The notes under the pieces were generated by a model. That model was not told the DNA's origin, did not search any database, and worked only from the letters and a program-made list of their open reading frames with translations. This document shows positions 1 through 7,175 of a stretch of DNA of 64,000 nucleotides, piece by piece. This stretch comes from a virus: the IMG/VR virus record IMGVR_UViG_3300042691_012617, positions 1 through 64,000 of that record; one strand, written 5' to 3'. The stretch's first letter is position 1, and each line of letters opens with the position of its first letter. A program made the position numbers and the translations under genes.

Positions 1-2
1 GT

Positions 3-227
3 TGGCATTGGTGTGTTGAATGGGATGGCTTGCTTGTAGGCCCGAACAGCGAAGAGGCTCTTGTCTGCTCTTGCAATCATCCTGTCATCGAAGCATGGAA
101 GGTCTCGCCCGAGGGACAGGAGATGATGCGCCAACTGGAGATTCGCAGCGAGAAGATGGACGAAGAGATGCTGAAGAAGGATCCCCTTGAATTCTTCAAG
201 GACTTGGGGAACGCCGAACATGGATAA
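3..227 (+). CDS. hypothetical protein, 5'-truncated by the window edge
   Basis: The frame is open from base 3 (WHWCVEWDGLLVGPNSEE...) and its end overlaps the ATG of the next gene. Confidence 0.6.
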   Translation, partial: WHWCVEWDGLLVGPNSEEALVCSCNHPVIEAWKVSPEGQEMMRQLEIRSEKMDEEMLKKDPLEFFKDLGNAEHG

Positions 228-525
228 GAGAGCCGACACGATCATCGTCTCCGAGGATGTCCTGTTTTGGGCATTCCGCTACTGCATCACTCGCAGTACC
301 TATGCCGCATCTGATGGCGTGAAGGCGATCCGCGACAACTGGGACTCTCTGTCCAATAACACGAAGATGCGGATTCAGGACGAGATCCGTAACTACGATT
401 GGACGCACCAACACGACATCGATAAGTCCATGTGGCACAGTCTGTTATCACTCCCGATCAAAAACATCGACAAAATGATCGAATACCCGACCAATAGGGT
501 TGACGGCAGGGTGGGTATAGAGTAA
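220..525 (+). CDS. hypothetical phage protein
   Basis: ATG at 220 (MDKRADTIIV...FWAFRYCITRSTY) overlaps the upstream gene end. Confidence 0.7.
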   Translation: MDKRADTIIVSEDVLFWAFRYCITRSTYAASDGVKAIRDNWDSLSNNTKMRIQDEIRNYDWTHQHDIDKSMWHSLLSLPIKNIDKMIEYPTNRVDGRVGIE

Positions 526-528
526 TCT
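500..528 (+). promoter_or_regulatory. sigma70-type early promoter
   Basis: TTGACG(500-505)-17 nt-TAATCT(523-528), upstream of the ORF at 551. Confidence 0.7.
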
Positions 529-550
529 TCTAGTGAAGAGAGAACCCCCC

Positions 551-859
551 ATGAAACAGACAGCCACCGCCGTCCTGACCCCTCCCGCCCCCGCGACCGA
601 GACCGCCGAGAACCATTGGATGTCCTATAAGGATCGTCCCGCGACCATGTCGCTGCAAGAGATGGCGGTGTGGATGCTGACCAATAACCCGTCGATGGCT
701 GTGTCCGTCCTGATGGGTGCCCTTGAGGAGAACGCGACCCTGCCCACGGGCACGGACGGCAAACTCGTTGAGGTCACCGTGTGGGACGAGCAGGGCAACC
801 CCGAGTACAACCTGACCGAGCAGGGACAGTTCTACTACGATCAGACCGTCCCTGAGTAA
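551..859 (+). CDS. hypothetical protein
   Basis: ATG at 551 follows a promoter, and a terminator follows the ORF. Confidence 0.7.
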   Translation: MKQTATAVLTPPAPATETAENHWMSYKDRPATMSLQEMAVWMLTNNPSMAVSVLMGALEENATLPTGTDGKLVEVTVWDEQGNPEYNLTEQGQFYYDQTVPE

Positions 860-880
860 GACTTTCGGTTTCTCTCTCTG

Positions 881-908
881 AGCCACCCCCGCCGTGGGGG
901 TGGTTTCA
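881..908 (+). terminator. intrinsic terminator
   Basis: CCACCCCC-GCCGT-GGGGGTGG hairpin followed by TTT. Confidence 0.6.
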
Positions 909-917
909 TACAAACAA

Positions 918-973
918 CTGTCCTTCTGAGAAGGACAGATTTTCGCAAAACTAGCCGTCTAAGAAGGACAGAT
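918..973. repeat. perfect 10-1-10 palindrome plus a repeated half-site over the next RBS
   Basis: CTGTCCTTCT-G-AGAAGGACAG at 918-938; AGAAGGACAGAT occurs at 929-940 and 962-973. Confidence 0.7.
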
Positions 974-1261
974 ATGCCGACCGCACCAAACCGCCCCCGC
1001 AACTCCCGCACCGCCAACGGACTCAAGCGAGGCGTTCGCATCGAATGGGACACTCCCAAGCCGAAGCGCAAGCCCGAGCCGAAGTTCGACCCGATCAAGT
1101 TCCTGACCGACTGTGTCAACGACAAGACCGCGTACAGCGACAAGGAGCGTACCGCATTCCGCAAGGTGATTGCACGGATGCGAGAACTGGAAGCCAAGAT
1201 CGAAGCCCACCGCGAGACCGAGTGGGGTTGGTTGGACAACCACATCAACGGAGCAGACTGA
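974..1261 (+). CDS. hypothetical basic protein
   Basis: AAGGA RBS; TGATG coupling to the next gene. Confidence 0.7.
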   Translation: MPTAPNRPRNSRTANGLKRGVRIEWDTPKPKRKPEPKFDPIKFLTDCVNDKTAYSDKERTAFRKVIARMRELEAKIEAHRETEWGWLDNHINGAD

Positions 1262-1380
1262 TGACTAAAAAGCAAATCATGAATTGGGTATGGGATCATC
1301 CCCTTGCCACCACCATCATCATTTCGATTCCCATGGGGATCGCCGTGATCGCCCTCGCACTCAAGACCCACATTATCTAA
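1261..1380 (+). CDS. small membrane protein (39 aa)
   Basis: MTKKQIMNWVWDHPLATTIIISIPMGIAVIALALKTHII; start and stop overlap both neighbours. Confidence 0.6.
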   Translation: MTKKQIMNWVWDHPLATTIIISIPMGIAVIALALKTHII

Positions 1381-1529
1381 TGCGTAAGAACACCAAGAAG
1401 ACTCAGTCCAAGCCCGTTGCTGAAACCGTAGTTTCGATCTGTTGTGATCTCATGATTGCGGGAGCATTCGTGATCATGTCAATCACCCTGTACAATCTCG
1501 TCACTCTGATGGCGAAGTACGGAAAGTGA
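1380..1529 (+). CDS. small membrane protein (49 aa)
   Basis: TAATG coupling; basic N-terminus followed by a hydrophobic segment. Confidence 0.6.
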   Translation: MRKNTKKTQSKPVAETVVSICCDLMIAGAFVIMSITLYNLVTLMAKYGK

Positions 1530-1530
1530 C

Positions 1531-1558
1531 TTGACAGCAACAGAACACTCGCTATACT
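1531..1558 (+). promoter_or_regulatory. sigma70-type early promoter
   Basis: TTGACA-16 nt-TATACT. Confidence 0.75.
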
Positions 1559-1599
1559 TGTAGCATCCCAACAAGGGAACCAAGGAAAGAATCGAAACC

Positions 1600-1824
1600 A
1601 TGCCACACCGTGTTGATGAAGAGGACTTTGTTCCTACCCACCGCCACCGCACCTTCACTCGCTACATTGTTCTGAGTGACGGCAAGACATTTGATGTTCT
1701 CAGCGAATGCACCGAGATCGAAGTGCCTGATGACATCGATGATGTCGATGGCTACATTCGGGGTCGAATCCATAACGCCAATCATCCGACTTTTGATTGG
1801 CACAGCAAGGGCAAGACAGGCTGA
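1600..1824 (+). CDS. hypothetical protein
   Basis: AAGGAAAG RBS downstream of a promoter. Confidence 0.65.
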   Translation: MPHRVDEEDFVPTHRHRTFTRYIVLSDGKTFDVLSECTEIEVPDDIDDVDGYIRGRIHNANHPTFDWHSKGKTG

Positions 1825-1871
1825 TTGTTAAGGGGCGGTTCAAATGTCCAAGACCGCAATATACCTGTCCT

Positions 1872-2063
1872 ATGGAACTACTCATCACGATCATGTCATG
1901 GACAGCAGCGGTTTGCGCTCTTTCAGCCTCCCACATTTGGCTCTACAGTTGGTCGTACCAACAGGGCTATGAAAAGGGAGAGCATGAAGGATTCGTAAGA
2001 GGGCTGAACAAGCAGCGTTCTTCAGGCACACGCAACAAGAACCGCCCCTTCGTAGGGGTGTGA
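1872..2063 (+). CDS. small membrane-anchored protein
   Basis: MELLITIMSWTAAVCALSASHIWLY hydrophobic N-terminus, then GYEKGEHEG (Gxxx repeat helix). Confidence 0.55.
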   Translation: MELLITIMSWTAAVCALSASHIWLYSWSYQQGYEKGEHEGFVRGLNKQRSSGTRNKNRPFVGV

Positions 2064-2079
2064 TACGAAAGCATTCGTT

Positions 2080-2406
2080 ATGACTTCTCCCGCGACCACT
2101 CCACACCTGAATTGTTTCCGCAACCAAGGCTTTCAGATTCGGTTTAGCAACGGCTACACCGTCTCTGTGCAGTTCGGGCACTTTCACTACTGTGCATCCC
2201 GAGACCTGAATGTCGCCTATGACGCATGGCGCACGGGCGACGATACTCACTTCTCACCCAATGCCGAGGTTGCCGTCATGGATCCGAATGGGAACTTTCT
2301 CAAGTTCGATTCATGCACCGACCATGTCCGTGGACACACGGATCCCGATACCGTTGGCAAGATCATCACATGGGTTTCGAACCTGAAGCCACAGGAGACC
2401 GTCTGA
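2080..2406 (+). CDS. hypothetical phage protein
   Basis: GFQIRFSNGYTVSVQFG...AEVAVMD is a pattern I recognise from small phage early proteins. Confidence 0.7.
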   Translation: MTSPATTPHLNCFRNQGFQIRFSNGYTVSVQFGHFHYCASRDLNVAYDAWRTGDDTHFSPNAEVAVMDPNGNFLKFDSCTDHVRGHTDPDTVGKIITWVSNLKPQETV

Positions 2407-2407
2407 G

Positions 2408-2809
2408 ATGAACGGGTGGAAAGACCATTTCCTTGTAGGCAACAATCAATACGGTGCGCCGTATGTCGTTGCGTTCCGCGTCAACGATGAATGTGATACT
2501 GTCGGCATCTATGGATACACGCGAATACACCCGATGTCGGAGAATCGCCGCAATCCGCGTTTTGCTCCTCTGCTCCCTTCTGCCTTGGGAATGATTGTCA
2601 CTTCCCCGAGATTCAACGCAACAAAGTACGCGGCGCGAATCATTTGGCAGGACTTGCTGAACTACAAGCAATACAACATGAAGGAGACTTCCTTTTCGGA
2701 TCTCTATCCCAATCATGTGTTCGATCCAGTTGAGATTGCAAAGCACACTAGGGAGTTTACGCGACCTGATCAGTACTTCGTCAACACCCAGTACGCTTTG
2801 GAAGCGTGA
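2408..2809 (+). CDS. hypothetical protein
   Basis: 133-aa ORF packed tightly in the operon. Confidence 0.65.
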   Translation: MNGWKDHFLVGNNQYGAPYVVAFRVNDECDTVGIYGYTRIHPMSENRRNPRFAPLLPSALGMIVTSPRFNATKYAARIIWQDLLNYKQYNMKETSFSDLYPNHVFDPVEIAKHTREFTRPDQYFVNTQYALEA

Positions 2810-2816
2810 CTAAATA
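2810..2816 (+). promoter_or_regulatory. T4-type late promoter (CTAAATA) upstream of fcl-gmd
   Basis: The same motif precedes many structural genes in this window; a GAGG RBS follows. Confidence 0.65.
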
Positions 2817-2834
2817 CTCCAAGAGGTATTTGTC

Positions 2835-3764
2835 ATGGGTAAAACGCTGATTACAGGCGGTTGGGGTCTCGTCGGTTCCGAGATCCCCGATAGCGAACAA
2901 TACAAGAGACCCCGACACGCAAGCATGGACTTGTGTGGTTCTTATAACACCGATGTCCGCGATGCGATGCATCAATTCGACATCAGCGAGGTCATTCACC
3001 TTGCAGCCAAGGTCGGTGGGGTAAAGGGCAACAACGACAACATGATGTCCTACTTCATGGACAACATGGTGATGAACACGAACATTCTTCGTGCTTGCTC
3101 TGAGTTGAAGTCGATCAAGAAGGCAACCTTCATGCTCTCCACCTGTGTCTTCCCTGCAAAGGTGACATATCCCGTGGACGAGTTGCAACTCCACAACGGC
3201 GAACCACACCACACCAACTATGGATATGCATATGCAAAGCGTATGCTTGAGGTTGGTGCGCGTACTCTTCGTCAGAACGGAAAGCAAGCGCGGTGCATCA
3301 TCCCGTGCAACATCTACGGCAAGAACGACAACTATGACATCGTCAACGGGCATGTGATCCCGAGCCTGATTCATAAGTGCTACCTTGCCAAGAAGAACGA
3401 CACCGAACTTGTCGTTTGGGGTAGCGGCGATGCCGAGCGTGAGTTCATCTATGCTCCCGATATCGCACGGGCGGTCGTGGAGATTCATAACGATGATCGC
3501 AAGGACGATGCACTAGACCTGATGATCGTCTCGCCCAACATCTCGTACAAGATCCGCGACATCGTATTCATGATCGCGGACTGCTTCGACTTCACGGGAA
3601 AGATTGTGTTTGACATCACTAGTCCCGAGGGTATACTTCGCAAACCAACATCTGCCCACAAGTTCAGGAAGTTCTACCCGAACTTCAAGTTCACGGGCAT
3701 TGAACAGGGGATCGCAGAGACATGCAAGTTCGTAGAGGAGAACTATGACAGCCTTCGCAAATGA
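2835..3764 (+). CDS. fcl: GDP-L-fucose synthase
   Basis: TGGxGLVG, HLAAKVGG, LSTCVFP, YAYAKR (YxxxK), PCNIYG, HVIPSLIHK and WGSGDAEREF motifs. Confidence 0.95.
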   Translation: MGKTLITGGWGLVGSEIPDSEQYKRPRHASMDLCGSYNTDVRDAMHQFDISEVIHLAAKVGGVKGNNDNMMSYFMDNMVMNTNILRACSELKSIKKATFMLSTCVFPAKVTYPVDELQLHNGEPHHTNYGYAYAKRMLEVGARTLRQNGKQARCIIPCNIYGKNDNYDIVNGHVIPSLIHKCYLAKKNDTELVVWGSGDAEREFIYAPDIARAVVEIHNDDRKDDALDLMIVSPNISYKIRDIVFMIADCFDFTGKIVFDITSPEGILRKPTSAHKFRKFYPNFKFTGIEQGIAETCKFVEENYDSLRK

Positions 3765-4776
3765 GTGGAATGGAAAGACTGCCGTCATCACGGGAGTCAA
3801 TGGGCAGGACGGATCCTACCTAGCCGACATGCTTGTCGCCAAGGGCTACAAGGTGATCGGTCTGAAGCGTCGAACATCGACCATCACAACTGGTCGCATC
3901 GACCACCTGTACGACAACCCGCTGTTTAAGATGCATCACTATGACTTGCTTGACGGTGCTGCGGTGTCGCACATCATCTCGCAGTACAAGCCCGACGAGT
4001 TCTATAACTTGGCGGCACAGTCGCATGTTGCCGTGTCTTTCGAAATCCCCGAGTACACATCGGACGGTATCGCGGGGGGCACACTCAAGATCCTTGAGGC
4101 TATCCGCAGCCTCAGCCCGACTACTCGCTTCTATCAGGCATCCTCATCCGAGATGTTTGGCGACAGCGATGATTACGATCCGAGCAGAGGCTACGACGAA
4201 GAGAGCCGCATGATGCCCGTCTCGCCGTATGCCGTGGCGAAGTTGCATGCCCATCACATGACCCGCGTATATCGAAACGCATATGGTCTTCATGCATCGT
4301 CGGGCATTCTCTTCAACCATGAGAGTCCCCGCCGTGGCGAGACATTCGTGACCCGAAAGATCACGATGGCGGCAGCGCGGATCAAGATGGGCTTGCAGAA
4401 GGAACTGCGTCTAGGCAACCTTGATGCCATGCGCGATTGGGGATTCGCGGGTGACTATGTCGAAGCCATGTGGCTCATGCTTCAGCAGCCCGAGGGAGAT
4501 GACTATGTCATCGCCACACAGCAAACTCATACCGTCCGCGAATTCCTGAATGTCGTGTTCGAAGAGGCGGGGCTTGATTGGCGCAAGTATGTGGTTATCG
4601 ACCCCAAGTACTTCCGACCCAACGAGGTGCCCTTCCTGTTGGGAGACCCCGCCAAGGCTAAGGAAAAACTTGGTTGGTCTCCGAAGGTAGACATGCCACT
4701 CCTTGCAAAGATTATGTACAAAAGTGACATGGCAGAGTTGACAAAGCAGTTGCAAGGCGGTACAGTATATGTGTGA
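3745..4776 (+). CDS. gmd: GDP-mannose 4,6-dehydratase
   Basis: ITGVNGQDGSYLA, NLAAQSHV, FYQASSSEMFG, SPYAVAK, LFNHESPRRGETFVTRKIT and LGNLDAMRDWG motifs. Confidence 0.97.
   Translation: MTAFANEWNGKTAVITGVNGQDGSYLADMLVAKGYKVIGLKRRTSTITTGRIDHLYDNPLFKMHHYDLLDGAAVSHIISQYKPDEFYNLAAQSHVAVSFEIPEYTSDGIAGGTLKILEAIRSLSPTTRFYQASSSEMFGDSDDYDPSRGYDEESRMMPVSPYAVAKLHAHHMTRVYRNAYGLHASSGILFNHESPRRGETFVTRKITMAAARIKMGLQKELRLGNLDAMRDWGFAGDYVEAMWLMLQQPEGDDYVIATQQTHTVREFLNVVFEEAGLDWRKYVVIDPKYFRPNEVPFLLGDPAKAKEKLGWSPKVDMPLLAKIMYKSDMAELTKQLQGGTVYV
4738..4766 (+). promoter_or_regulatory. sigma70-type promoter within the gmd 3' end, driving the downstream RNA
   Basis: TTGACA(4738-4743)-17 nt-TACAGT(4761-4766); predicted +1 at about 4773. 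Confidence 0.7.
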
Positions 4777-4967
4777 CGAAAGGGGTTCGCCCTTGCCAAG
4801 GTTCGCCAAGGCTAGTCACCGTGTGCCTTCGGGCACACGCTGAACATCTTCTGACGCTACCCCGCTGCATGATCGATTGTGGTGAGGTGGTGAAAAAAGC
4901 GGCTTAATAATCGGATCCGTGTCGCTCAGAAAACTCAGCCCCCGCGAGTTCGAAATCGCGGGGGTTG
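4773..4967 (+). ncRNA. putative structured non-coding RNA, family not recognised
   Basis: Own promoter; GUGAC/GUCAC closing helix; three UUCG-capped hairpins; long-range helices GCUGA/UCAGC and UUCUGA/UCAGAA; crossing helices; 3' GC-rich hairpin. Confidence 0.65.
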
Positions 4968-4978
4968 TGCTTTTAGGC

Positions 4979-5006
4979 TTGACTTGTTTGTGACTGATGC
5001 TACAAT
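4979..5006 (+). promoter_or_regulatory. sigma70-type early promoter
   Basis: TTGACT-16 nt-TACAAT with extended TG; the ATG at 5014 lies near +1, so the mRNA is likely leaderless. Confidence 0.7.
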
Positions 5007-5013
5007 CTACGGT

Positions 5014-5373
5014 ATGACCTTACCCTACGAGCAATACCTAGCGATCAACAACACGCGAGAGTTTCTGTTCTCCCTGATGGATCCTCAGCGGACACCTAAG
5101 GCACCCCGATATCTCCGTGAGAGAGCGCGTCAGTTGCTGAAGCATTTCCCAACCGAGTACGATGCCAACGAGTTGGTGAAGGCTCATACTGAGTGGCTTC
5201 ATGAGATCAACACCAAGAAGACCGATGTCGAGCGAGGCAACCCTGTCGAATACAGCCCCCGCTATGGCGGTTGGATCTTTTGGGATGAGACATCGACTCA
5301 GCCAAGCAAGCCATACCTGACGAGGCGTGATGCTCAGGATGCCCTCAATCGCTACATTCAAGACCTAGGGTGA
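5014..5373 (+). CDS. BPSL0761-like phage protein with a C-terminal extension
   Basis: MTLPYEQ...TREFL..L.DP..TP..P...R..A..LLKHFP pattern. Confidence 0.65.
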   Translation: MTLPYEQYLAINNTREFLFSLMDPQRTPKAPRYLRERARQLLKHFPTEYDANELVKAHTEWLHEINTKKTDVERGNPVEYSPRYGGWIFWDETSTQPSKPYLTRRDAQDALNRYIQDLG

Positions 5374-5377
5374 GATC

Positions 5378-5650
5378 ATGGACGGGATTCACATCGTTGA
5401 CCGCCTGACGCTGACACATCGCGCCATTCAAAGTGGCATGGAAGAGATCGGTCGCAACAAGATTGCCGACCTCATCAAGGATGCAAGAGATCGGATTCAT
5501 GAGTTGGAGGGATTGGCATACTCATATCATCCACAGCCCGATTCCCCAAATGGAACGACATGGCGCATGGAGTATGAAGACCTGATCGAAGTCCTTCTCA
5601 CGATGACACCGAAAGAGTTTGAACAATGGCAGACGGACATGAAGGACTGA
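5378..5650 (+). CDS. hypothetical protein
   Basis: 90-aa ORF in the operon. Confidence 0.6.
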   Translation: MDGIHIVDRLTLTHRAIQSGMEEIGRNKIADLIKDARDRIHELEGLAYSYHPQPDSPNGTTWRMEYEDLIEVLLTMTPKEFEQWQTDMKD

Positions 5651-6015
5651 TTGACTGCCCTTGCAACCTGTACGAACTTGCCAAGGAGATCTGTCTGCGT
5701 ATCGACCGCCCCAAGCGGCATTGCAGCGTGATCCTTCACAAGGGAAGAGTAGTTGCGGTGGGTACGAATCAGATGAAGACACATCCGCTTGCCCGTAAGT
5801 ATGGGTACCTGTTCGATGAGATGCATTCTGAACTGGATGCATTTCGCAAGTGCGGAAACAAGCAGGGACTTGAATTGTGGAACTTTCGATTCAATCGCTT
5901 TGGACAAGAGAGAATCAGCCGACCTTGCCTCAAGTGTCTGCCTTGGTGTGTCGAAGTATTTGATACTATTCACTTCACCACGGGAGAAGGCGTTCAGCGA
6001 CTCCGAGGAAAGTAA
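5626..6015 (+). CDS. zinc-dependent cytidine/dCMP deaminase-fold protein
   Basis: HCSVILHKGRVVAVGTN, HSE (HxE) and SRPCLKC (PCxxC). Confidence 0.85.
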   Translation: MADGHEGLIDCPCNLYELAKEICLRIDRPKRHCSVILHKGRVVAVGTNQMKTHPLARKYGYLFDEMHSELDAFRKCGNKQGLELWNFRFNRFGQERISRPCLKCLPWCVEVFDTIHFTTGEGVQRLRGK

Positions 6016-6133
6016 AGGCAATTTACCCATATTGACATTTGTCTTCAGAGATTGCCATTAAATAGAATGACACCGCGCTTTGTTCAGCGGCACAACACCT
6101 TTAGTCTTGGTGACACCAAGACAGGAGCAACAG

Positions 6134-6823
6134 ATGACTGTCAGAGAGTCATTGATCGGCTCTGCGATTGCTGCGGCACTCGCAGTCACACCCGCAAACG
6201 CTGAGTTTGTCGTGGTCAACAATCCCCTTTTTTATGAGACGGGCAACTACTCAGATGCCTTTGGAACCAACGGCACAACTGAGTACAGAACGAGTTGGGC
6301 ACAACAGTTCACGCTCAATCAGGAATACACCCTATCGTCTATTCGATGGTGGGGTGGAGTGAACGGATTCTTTGGTGACGGAATCCAAAGCATCACGGGC
6401 TTTCAAGTGATTGTTTGGAATCAGGATTTCACCCAACAGGTTCGCAGCATCAATCTGAGTGTGGGCGACTACACCATGACTGATAGCGGTACCGACAACT
6501 TCTTTGGGCAGGATGTGTATACCTTCTATACGCCTGTCTCGTTGCAGTTGGATGCAGGAACCTACAACATGAACATTGGTGCTTGGTATGCCGATGCAGG
6601 AGTAGCACACGATCAGTTCGTGTGGAGTACGGGGCAGCACTCCTCCAACGGCATGCCGACTTACTACACCGAAAACGCTAGTGTCTTTGGTGTTTGGGGT
6701 CAATGGCATGAGTACATTGGGGGTTCTTTCAATGCGGGTGGTGCAATGGTTCTTTCTGCGCCAACCCCTGGGGCTATCGCTCTTCTTGGTCTTGCGGGAC
6801 TATTCGGTCGCCGCCGTCGATAA
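6134..6823 (+). CDS. PEP-CTERM (exosortase-sorted) surface protein
   Basis: AGGAG RBS; signal peptide ending ANA; C-terminal APTPGAIALLGLAGLFGRRRR sorting signal. Confidence 0.85.
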   Translation: MTVRESLIGSAIAAALAVTPANAEFVVVNNPLFYETGNYSDAFGTNGTTEYRTSWAQQFTLNQEYTLSSIRWWGGVNGFFGDGIQSITGFQVIVWNQDFTQQVRSINLSVGDYTMTDSGTDNFFGQDVYTFYTPVSLQLDAGTYNMNIGAWYADAGVAHDQFVWSTGQHSSNGMPTYYTENASVFGVWGQWHEYIGGSFNAGGAMVLSAPTPGAIALLGLAGLFGRRRR

Positions 6824-6846
6824 GTCTAGTTGATACAAGTGAATAC

Positions 6847-6876
6847 GAACCCCTGTCGCAAGACGGGGGTTCTTTT
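6847..6876 (+). terminator. intrinsic terminator
   Basis: GAACCCCTGTC-GCAA-GACGGGGGTTC followed by TTTT. Confidence 0.8.
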
Positions 6877-6877
6877 C

Positions 6878-6884
6878 ATAAATA
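6878..6884 (+). promoter_or_regulatory. T4-type late promoter (ATAAATA)
   Basis: Lies directly after a terminator and upstream of the 6972-8290 two-gene unit. Confidence 0.6.
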
Positions 6885-6971
6885 GAGGACAACTAATGTG
6901 ACCATCTTCTACCGCCACGGGGTGTGCATAGCATAATCCCAAGCGGCTTTTCATTGGCATAAGGAGGTTGC

Positions 6972-7175
6972 ATGGAACAGAAATCAGGAACCAAGACAAC
7001 GGAGTTTTGGGTAGCACTTGCACCCGTACTGATCGGGCTGATCGAAGGACAAAAAGGTGACGCGGAAAACAGTCGTTACCTCATCGTCTGTGGCACGGCA
7101 TTGGGGTGCATGTACATCGCAAGCAGAACGCTACTCAAGATGAAACCACCAACTCAAACAGAGGAGAGCAAATGA
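6972..7175 (+). CDS. small two-TM membrane protein (holin-like)
   Basis: TAAGGAGG RBS; KSGTKTTEFW start; two hydrophobic segments. Confidence 0.6.
   Translation: MEQKSGTKTTEFWVALAPVLIGLIEGQKGDAENSRYLIVCGTALGCMYIASRTLLKMKPPTQTEESK

Noticed and set aside
4890-4907. RNase P RNA (AAAAGCGGCTTA resembles CR-V)
   Set aside because: No GAGGAAAGUCC CR-I partner, and the architecture does not fit.
4936-4967. tRNA or tmRNA call from the GTTCGAAA loop
   Set aside because: No cloverleaf, acceptor stem or CCA end; kept only as part of an unclassified ncRNA.
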